A DNA stretch of 64,000 nucleotides from an uncultured Bacillota bacterium. GTDB taxonomy: Bacteria; Bacillota; Clostridia; Christensenellales; UBA1242. The notes under the pieces are model-generated. The model ran no database searches, was not told where the DNA came from, and was given only the letters and a program-made list of their open reading frames with translations. Positions 59,501 through 64,000 of the stretch are shown one piece after another; positions within the stretch are counted from its first letter, which is position 1; the number at the start of each line of letters is the position of its first letter. The DNA lies in contig CAOJXO010000004.1 in assembly GCA_948465545.1 (NCBI GenBank), positions 1,139 through 65,138 on the forward strand, given 5' to 3'. A program made the translations under genes and the position numbers.

Positions 59501-61626
59501 AACGACCATGAAATCTTAGAAAAGTCGTCTGAAAGTACCACGTCCCCAATTTGAAGGTCGGCGGTAAGATTTAATGAACTGTTAACATTAAGGGTGTAAA
59601 CCACCTGTCTGTTTGCTTCAACAATTTCATAATCAAAGGTAAACTTATCAGTTATACTGTCGCCAGCAAGGCTTAAAAGATTTAAATGAATTTGGTCGGT
59701 ATTAAGTTGTTCTTTAAACACTTCCCATGAATCAGCCTTGATTGTAAAAGTTAAAACGATTGTTTCATCAGAGCCTTCATAAATAAACCCTGTTGTGTTA
59801 TTTGAGGTGATAACAAGATCCTCTACCGAGCCTTGATATAATGTCTTAGTCACATTTACCTGCTTGCTTGTAAGCGTAGGTTGAGCCAAGACATATCTTC
59901 CATTTGCATCAATATTAAACTCATCAAACTCATTTCTTTGAATAGTGGCAAAGAAGAGTTCAAATTCTCCAGTGCCTCTTACTGCAAGTTCAGACCCCTT
60001 CAAAACATATAGGTAGTAAGATTGAGTGCCGATTCTATACTCGCCAGACCTTTCAGGGTCATAACATTTTGCATCAAGCACATCTTCCACTTTTCCGGTA
60101 GGGAAATATGCAAAATAGAAACCAGTACGGAAGATGTTTTCTTCAGGAATATCTACAAGCCCTTCAAGAGATTTAGTTGTTGGGATTACATCATCTCCAT
60201 CAAAGTCAAGTGTAATAAGAATGTCCTCTTCTGCGTTCTTCCATCTCACATCTTGTTCTTGTTGAGTTTTACTATCAAGATATACTGTCGCTTTAATAGG
60301 TTGCTCGTTTTCGCTATACAACTTATAGCCATCACCGTCACGCTCTAAAAGAACTACTGTAATTCTAAAATTATATGCACCAGTTGTATAGAAAGTCCAG
60401 TTAGGATTACCTACAGGCGATGGAAGATAATAAGTGTCCCCATCAACAACAACGCTATTACCGCCACGCACAGAGATAATTTCACTAGGGGCTATTCTAT
60501 AAGAATCTTGCACCTTGTATTCAAACATAAGGGCGACATTCTTTAAAAGTGAGGTAGACTGTCCGTTTGAACCAATTTTTACACCTAAGAAATCGTTTGC
60601 TTGACTACCCTCTTGCACGGTCAAGGTATATCTTTTCATTGCGGTCATGTCTTGTAAGTATCTACCCGCTTTAATTACCTCAAAACTTGAAATGGTTGCC
60701 ACTGTAATATCCACATTCGCTGGGTTTGCTTTGTTTGATACACTCTTATCTGAAGATGATGAGAGGTAACTAAGCACAGTATCATATAACTCTTTTCCAC
60801 TAGCATTTTGAGAATATTCTTCAAGAATCTGCTCTTGAGTGTTTGCATTTTTGAAAGTATAACCGATAATTTGGTTTCCTTCTCTTGCATTGCCTGCAAC
60901 AAAGTATCCGCCAAATGTTTCATCATACTGGAAGTTCACCTCTGTTGAACCCACAGGTTCAAAGTATGTAAGTTTCTCACGTGATTCATCACTGTAAAGA
61001 TAACGACTTGCCACAGGGAAGAAGTTTGCCCTTGCGTAGAAGTTATCCCCCTCAGTCACCTTGCTTACAACATTGCCTTCCATATCACAAATCTCAACAT
61101 CTATGCTATGAACAGGAACGTCAACAGCAATGTCTATATTCTCTGGAAGTTTTTGAATATTTGCAGATCTTGCCCGCAGATGTGAAATGCCTCCGTTTGG
61201 AGAGGTAACTGGTACACCATTGTTATCTACAACCTGCACTCCATTTTTTATTAACACAGAGCGGTTTAATATAACATCAAAAGGCTGATTTATGTAAACA
61301 TATTCTGGTACAGTGATAATTCCATCTGTAATTGTTCCATCTGCAGATGGTGGCGGGGTTGTTCCTGTAAAAGATAATCTCACCTGAGTTTCTGTTACAT
61401 TTGTGGTGCTTGATGTGATTGTGAGTTTAAAGTTATCAGTAACCTCAAATTGAGAGGTGTCACTATTATACAGATTTTCGTCAAGCACAAAAGTTATGTC
61501 TTCCGGCATAATAGTTTGTCCACCCATTCCATTAGAGAGTAATATACCTCCAACTGTTGCACCAGCAATAAAAATTACCGCAAAAATTGTTACAACAACA
61601 GTTTTCCACACTGCCCATTTTTTCAT
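50596..61626 (-). CDS. giant membrane-anchored orphan protein (3,676 aa)
   Basis: A single uninterrupted ORF with AAGGGG RBS. The N-terminal anchor is WAVWKTVVVTIFAVIFIAGATVGGILL. The remainder is T/S/N/Y/V-rich and beta-looking, with only degenerate Ig-like stretches. I see no sortase, SLH, choline-binding or RTX motifs. Confidence 0.8.
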   Translation of the reverse strand: MKKWAVWKTVVVTIFAVIFIAGATVGGILLSNGMGGQTIMPEDITFVLDENLYNSDTSQFEVTDNFKLTITSSTTNVTETQVRLSFTGTTPPPSADGTITDGIITVPEYVYINQPFDVILNRSVLIKNGVQVVDNNGVPVTSPNGGISHLRARSANIQKLPENIDIAVDVPVHSIDVEICDMEGNVVSKVTEGDNFYARANFFPVASRYLYSDESREKLTYFEPVGSTEVNFQYDETFGGYFVAGNAREGNQIIGYTFKNANTQEQILEEYSQNASGKELYDTVLSYLSSSSDKSVSNKANPANVDITVATISSFEVIKAGRYLQDMTAMKRYTLTVQEGSQANDFLGVKIGSNGQSTSLLKNVALMFEYKVQDSYRIAPSEIISVRGGNSVVVDGDTYYLPSPVGNPNWTFYTTGAYNFRITVVLLERDGDGYKLYSENEQPIKATVYLDSKTQQEQDVRWKNAEEDILITLDFDGDDVIPTTKSLEGLVDIPEENIFRTGFYFAYFPTGKVEDVLDAKCYDPERSGEYRIGTQSYYLYVLKGSELAVRGTGEFELFFATIQRNEFDEFNIDANGRYVLAQPTLTSKQVNVTKTLYQGSVEDLVITSNNTTGFIYEGSDETIVLTFTIKADSWEVFKEQLNTDQIHLNLLSLAGDSITDKFTFDYEIVEANRQVVYTLNVNSSLNLTADLQIGDVVLSDDFSKISWSFTSDSDIKIYTPVVETIEFTSDSVDLNRDVTVNQQITADSTFKTIITHYLKDGTTTTIDTDNAIEIFINKLLVRVIDQHGNSNIFASRWSFATNNPNVITVNNRTFTFKTADNANATIYVQCENKNSEAINFVVTSTGIQSIKKDNSREIKAVIPNDDYVTNASTSSVSVEKYGAKGKTLNPNTLIKLYTDQNATNELSSGYKFVFNSAYLYSLSDEVLMNIFGADGMVYINRTLNTESDKGILSELPSGYTANELRTLLALLGAGQGNEGITNIYIRNDFASYHELGLQIVSSNNSGAINISLDLLLQTNVTVEADAEIETYAGFMQEAKGNLSYKDGSGTLAERLSAFNGYYIVRGGNGYVLSNADNAETISVGKIANGKFLFNDFYNVEQNNYSVTIYLDSVENPFALTYNVNFTVKRNVKIEYNDKTYSILTSADALSNYFTISRVKEGSEALTFTPRITLAKGESSNLRLNGNGFDATVRINEANPPFFDYNVEALSEDLVFELAIAGSTNYDEVARLTLKYDLGERYSYASLANQIYYKVENADGTITNINPTVQTVDGINYLLVQKDYNWKFNNTIENTAYLFNIMKYYIDASGQRVPETGKLAYDVPGGNTISFENINEAIRGLGDSTIYLIVEIHNGADRKQGTMLIPLLVSNIGLDFVSYTDTEFNTLANALAKPDDLIANGVYEELLAGSDYEIANPMMFTDTLAKDVEGNLVKSQFKGFIFPEDSGFTTSISFVPTSQGYYDTLVKNIYQDEESKIWHIDINHLSQAIDTAYIALQFEISNGTFVQDFYYVIKVLPDTKVNSALYAFDSGREEISGTAGSVIGGENGIDLSEKFSNQTLHAGAERFSVVVYDKDGNPTTIGDSLKFSYRVVSLTKDNQTYTDKADYSRFLNVEFREVNGHINMLATPTREAGNAIMTLEIRRVYDGGSRGDTRQVIGGEIDYRFVINSTMNYSLSYTGDNVNVDGNNASITLNSSNANLEMDVQLVSTVNSTDSFVYEVLQINGYSDEGEVKTIIENSDGEKVVVESENPILTAKYISKRDAKIAKLILTRGGYLEKDMTAYITFYTDYGYLGTLTINLTASAEIDCVAEVKAGSTYNFKSDLVKELTLNGVTANDYTIVSAVASDTQEDYNLFEFVNNSDFKIYSSIKDATINVSITLAINGVDEEGNTVTYPYEFVMPLKVSANIKQTDGEKVVGTSENTAERIERKESVIAQNNLALTTEELISFGKNGNDIIHIAPSNFDVRYSWRAISGSDYIVEATNQTIPVIHTKDVNKNGATVVVLLTLHLKRGDLTYQELCVRYTFNISPNTEIYVSYPEPTRTIMTYKYFEYRIGDDVYYLNADDGKNISSESTFGYEFAVGTVYYSDNTFETVAGSLKTSIIGTNLLTYTPQTRGEDFDADYFKNGTAFASAKENFFNGNATFGGKRLALVSVEGSTVGTDYKVTLSAKNNITITTSDRGEIKLEDGSNILVDDTASEPIDVKDLTFVIGEYNENGELVNDGTDSYAIFLIESNGVTETYKIVLQDNVLSLMINQENSEGTNNLETFYVDNVLSNNIFADGRIIELEISSDNAVDSIINANYRLIFTKVESDGSITYKYRDVKMSRADIGKTLYFDVGESILGYNYVGTYHNNSGSFTINNDGDLIGISDTAVKVEDEDLYARIPTLVSRVRLTYVGSRVNYDYTNTGLEFVSDYDSSQNHRIADYFTEQSAEEIRKIVKLSNFEFTFDNGANVITTTFSTVYNYTTDLDIAVEYSGLDSTSVIYVNQEITSVIGNNKVYHPSTRDILTSDEIKIRDIDLDLQVVGVRKPVDTVANMSEYMAKFAGIEKPYYNTTDRPYLGISASQENLPDIPLSQRKVLDYRVTGFGADNDGSYVLLCLTYTVRRGAGDTTQTYTKEFYLVYQVLSDYQLVYNNTTNIDIDDNGVKSNLSYPYPLYATSDKYNFNVAGAGNGVNIVSVKHSRSTTSDKEVAASGFTYTLTFDENVQGYSYNIRQNVTSKLNSNLTASGSLWTIDSIGSQWTWTNPNDNAALSFVDVQQVVFGSQRYRLKAVDSYGYTFYVYFILNSGGETPTALEEGSFSITENYKFDIAAQYERLDIIGSGSGNDKVVDISPAKESNSNGADFRVLNIANLEAWGFDQNLNIEQSGTTAIETYFNPNTTNGGYSVKSNVELQESKDLDYLQIPKFVNTTVTHIAWYDNGKFLAEITTANEGSAEARPLNENLATKSDLVFNGIETSFYRNIEGRYRMPKLPGEIYGASESKEIVMIITLTYSRGGNVEVFDLPVRMTVNRDYANAGRTNNVVRDGVEFNIEDYIDSTSTTEGGSVPTEYFDDTLKITLPGTSQIRYTVENLDSGIIVDNVASNEDYDYTRTEMVSISGLFNQTLHAGDRLKFTVTEFGSAEVQNTPYTGYYVDYAGNVIHGGDGGSQELEFAISNMNGKDKINIPMAKQLYRGPVNVRKYYLARTYGSDTYTYQISQQYTVTNYYYSMSTNYSDSYYQVDRYLIANDVMGDGENQYIIPRAGWTYNMTLNIGQRTDGGIVAVNYDSFSASSNGYIYYEITNEVSSGAADIDTNSGQITTSSAFNISTHYINVAIYVKVSGIDGQFRNKDSQFDQCLGTVRFMLKQPMFAFGGDSLVYTYTDGAVSSVGSISSVLIDSDKFVDNKLMIDMPTFNANANRIEVEGVTFLRQNVGNNVYYIRLADIIGGEANPTWYVNNLPLLELDNVNNNTITVDTVGYNNGKEAIHNFEDLAIPTTGTVYSTMSKAVAGAGEEFILGENSFTGFNGVEFTTDENNLRKEVAFNSDVQLYLFNEDSGEFTLAENEEGEGLTIGSEFADQLINGQYRIDKTIFDRPIEENNLNKKQGLFGEETITGYRIVNSHGDVYFLNITDVSNIIGIATRKTELQFVDKITEGEGFTLNTQNGLNFYAYADSDFMYVPLSDYGVTFKSVVAHA

Positions 61627-61943
61627 AACAGCACCCCTTATTATTTTTAAACAATTTCATTATAATTTTTTTGACGAAAAAAAGCAAATAAATCGGATAA
61701 ATATATTATAAATATTAATTAATAAAATATTTAGCGTTTTGGTTATTTTTCTTATTTTTAAATTCAAATAAAATAAATAAAAAATATTTATTTATAATTA
61801 ATTTAATAAATTTCGCATTTTTAAATGATTTTTTTAGTATTTTTACATTGTTTTTTATTAATTATTTTATTTTATATTTTTTAATAATAAAACATTGACA
61901 AAAATTCGCCTATCCTTTATACTTAAATAGATAGGAGAATTTT

Positions 61944-63524
61944 ATGTTACAGGCTAATAATATTTCGCTGGCATTCGGCGGACGTACACTTTATAAAGAA
62001 GTCAATTTAAAATTTACAAAGGGAAATTGTTATGGAATCATCGGTGCAAATGGTGCTGGAAAATCAACATTTTTAAAGATTCTTACTGGCGAACTTGAAC
62101 CAAACACAGGCGACGTTTTTATCACGCCTGGCGAGCGTATGAGCGTACTTGCACAAAACCAAAATGCCTATGATGAAGAAACCGTGCTTGACACCGTTCT
62201 TCTTGGACATAAACACCTTATGGATATTCAGAAAGAAAAAGACGCACTTTATGCAAAACCTGACTTTTCAGAAGCAGATGGAATCCGTGCTGGCGAACTT
62301 GAAACTGAATTTGCAGAACTTGGTGGCTGGGAGGCTGAGGCTGAGGCAAAATCTCTTCTTCAAAGTTTAGGAATCGGCGAAGATACTTATTACCTTCAAA
62401 TGAAAGAACTTGACGCAAAATTAAAGGTGAAAATCCTCCTTGCACAAGCGTTATTTGGAAATCCAGACATTTTGGTGCTTGATGAGCCAACCAACAACCT
62501 CGACTTCAAAACCACCCGATGGCTGGAAAACTTCCTTCTTGATTTTGAGAACATTGTTATTATCGTTTCCCACAACCGTCACTTCCTTAATAAAGTCTGC
62601 ACCCACATCTGTGATGTTGATTATGGGCAAATCAACATGTTTATCGGAAACTATGACTTCTGGTATGAATCAAGCCAACTTATCCTTAGGCAAATGAAAG
62701 ACCAAAATAAAAAAGCAGAGCAACGTGCAAAAGAATTAAAAGAGTTTATTGCAAGATTCTCTGCCAACGCGTCTAAATCTAAACAAGCAACAAGCAGAAA
62801 GCGTGAACTTGAAAAACTTACCATTGAAGACATTAAACCTTCTTCAAGAAAATACCCTTATATAAACTTTGAATTTACACAAGAAATCGGAAAAGAAATC
62901 TTGAAAGTGGAAAATTTAAGCAAGGCTGGAATGTTTAAAAATTTAAGTTTTAACATTGAAAAGGGACAAAAAATAGCAATTTTTGCAAAAAATAGTCAAA
63001 TTACCACCACTTTATTCAATATTTTACTTGGAATTGAAGAGCCTGATAGTGGAACAGTGCATATCGGAAAAACCATTAAAGTTTCAAATTTACCTCAAGA
63101 TAATAGACAATATTTTGAGAATGTAGACCTCCCTATTGTTGACTGGTTAAGACAATTCTCAAAGGATCAAAATGAAACATATATAAGAAGTTGGCTTGGA
63201 AGAATGCTTTTCACAGGCGAAGAAAACATGAAACCTGCAAAAGTACTTTCTGGTGGCGAGCGTGTGAGATGTATGCTGGCAAAAATGATGCTTGAAGGTG
63301 GCAATATGCTGATTCTAGACGAACCAACCAACCACCTTGACCTTGAAAGTATCACGGCATTCAACAAAGGTATGATAAACTATAAGGGCTCAATGCTTTT
63401 CACCACACATGACCAAGAGATTATCGAAACTGTTGCAAACAGAATAATTGATATTGTAGATGAAAATAAAATTATTGATTTCACCGGCACTTATGAAGAA
63501 TATATTGAAAAGTATTCAAATTAA
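61944..63524 (+). CDS. ABC-F family ATPase (YbiT/YkpA-like)
   Basis: NBD1 Walker A GANGAGKST, LLAQALFGNPDILVLDEPTNNLD, linker RFSANASKSKQATSRKRE, and NBD2 signature LSGGERVRCMLAKMM plus LILDEPTNHLD. No TM domain. Confidence 0.85.
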   Translation: MLQANNISLAFGGRTLYKEVNLKFTKGNCYGIIGANGAGKSTFLKILTGELEPNTGDVFITPGERMSVLAQNQNAYDEETVLDTVLLGHKHLMDIQKEKDALYAKPDFSEADGIRAGELETEFAELGGWEAEAEAKSLLQSLGIGEDTYYLQMKELDAKLKVKILLAQALFGNPDILVLDEPTNNLDFKTTRWLENFLLDFENIVIIVSHNRHFLNKVCTHICDVDYGQINMFIGNYDFWYESSQLILRQMKDQNKKAEQRAKELKEFIARFSANASKSKQATSRKRELEKLTIEDIKPSSRKYPYINFEFTQEIGKEILKVENLSKAGMFKNLSFNIEKGQKIAIFAKNSQITTTLFNILLGIEEPDSGTVHIGKTIKVSNLPQDNRQYFENVDLPIVDWLRQFSKDQNETYIRSWLGRMLFTGEENMKPAKVLSGGERVRCMLAKMMLEGGNMLILDEPTNHLDLESITAFNKGMINYKGSMLFTTHDQEIIETVANRIIDIVDENKIIDFTGTYEEYIEKYSN

Positions 63525-63536
63525 TAGGAGAAAATT

Positions 63537-64000
63537 ATGAAAGAAACAAAAGTAACAATGGATAAAATCGTAAACCTATGTAAAACAAGAGGATTAATCT
63601 TCCCTGGCAGTGATATTTACGGCGGAATGGGTAACACTTGGGACTACGGCCCTGTTGGCGTGGAACTTAAAAACAACATCAAACGTGCTTGGTGGAAAAG
63701 ATTCGTACAAGAAAGCCCTAATACCTATGGCGTTGACGCTGCAATACTTATGAACCCACGCGTATGGGACGCAAGCGGACATACCCAAAACTTCTCAGAC
63801 CCTAAAATGGATTGTAAAGCCTGCAAACAAAGATTCAGAGCCGATAACCTTATTGAAGACCATTCAAAAGGCAAAGTGTCCGCGGAAGCAATGACTACCG
63901 AAGAAATGGAAACATATATCAATGAAAATAAAATCAAATGCCCTCATTGTGGAAACTTCAACTGGACAAATGTAAGACAATTTAAACTTATGTTTGAAAC
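63537..64000 (+). CDS. glyQS: glycyl-tRNA synthetase (alpha2 type), 5' part, cut by window edge
   Basis: Manual translation from ATG 63537 gives MKETKVTMDKIVNLCKTRGLIFPGSDIYGGMGNTWDYGPVGVELKNNIKRAWWKRFV...NPRVWDASGHTQNFSDP, a canonical GlyRS N-terminus. AGGAG RBS. Confidence 0.9.
   Translation, partial: MKETKVTMDKIVNLCKTRGLIFPGSDIYGGMGNTWDYGPVGVELKNNIKRAWWKRFVQESPNTYGVDAAILMNPRVWDASGHTQNFSDPKMDCKACKQRFRADNLIEDHSKGKVSAEAMTTEEMETYINENKIKCPHCGNFNWTNVRQFKLMFE

Overview
AT-rich, densely coding chromosomal segment that reads like a core region of a low-GC Bacillota (Clostridia-like) genome. This placement is inferred from sigH, the mrnC-rlmB-sigH order, rpsF-ssb-rpsR, helD, a DUF1540-like gene and CCA-encoded tRNAs. 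Recognisable genes are pgk (partial), dus, hup, a MurJ/SpoVB-type flippase, rplI, two glycolipid-type glycosyltransferases, prmC-prfA, a long ThyX-like gene, rpmE, rpsF-ssb-rpsR, secA plus a small xre, ychF-mrnC-rlmB-sigH-metG, initiator tRNA, gyrB-gyrA, an NT5C-like HAD phosphatase, helD, hisS, uvrC, a DapB-fold oxidoreductase, ppdK, tRNA-Arg, cls, an ABC-F ATPase and glyQS (partial). I saw no CRISPR array, transposase, integrase, reverse transcriptase or recognisable defence gene. Eight things stand out. (1) A 3,676-aa N-terminally anchored orphan protein whose stop overlaps the start of cardiolipin synthase. (2) Two adjacent large orphan genes (563 and 1,328 aa), the second with a central bilobed hydrophobic hairpin. 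(3) A tight cluster of perfect DnaA boxes between helD and hisS, about 3 kb past gyrBA, with no dnaA/dnaN in view. (4) A lysine/alanine-rich histone-H1-like ORF that runs into a start-less DUF2188 domain in another frame at an A8 tract. (5) A small promoter-plus-gene cassette flanked by a 49-bp direct repeat of the Cys/His-rich 3' end of the neighbouring gene. (6) A 32-nt duplicate of the 3' end of the initiator tRNA. (7) A G9 tract inside a glycolipid synthase gene. (8) A ThyX-like protein and an ABC-F protein with split or degenerate catalytic motifs. All functional calls come from motif recognition by eye; no database search was possible.
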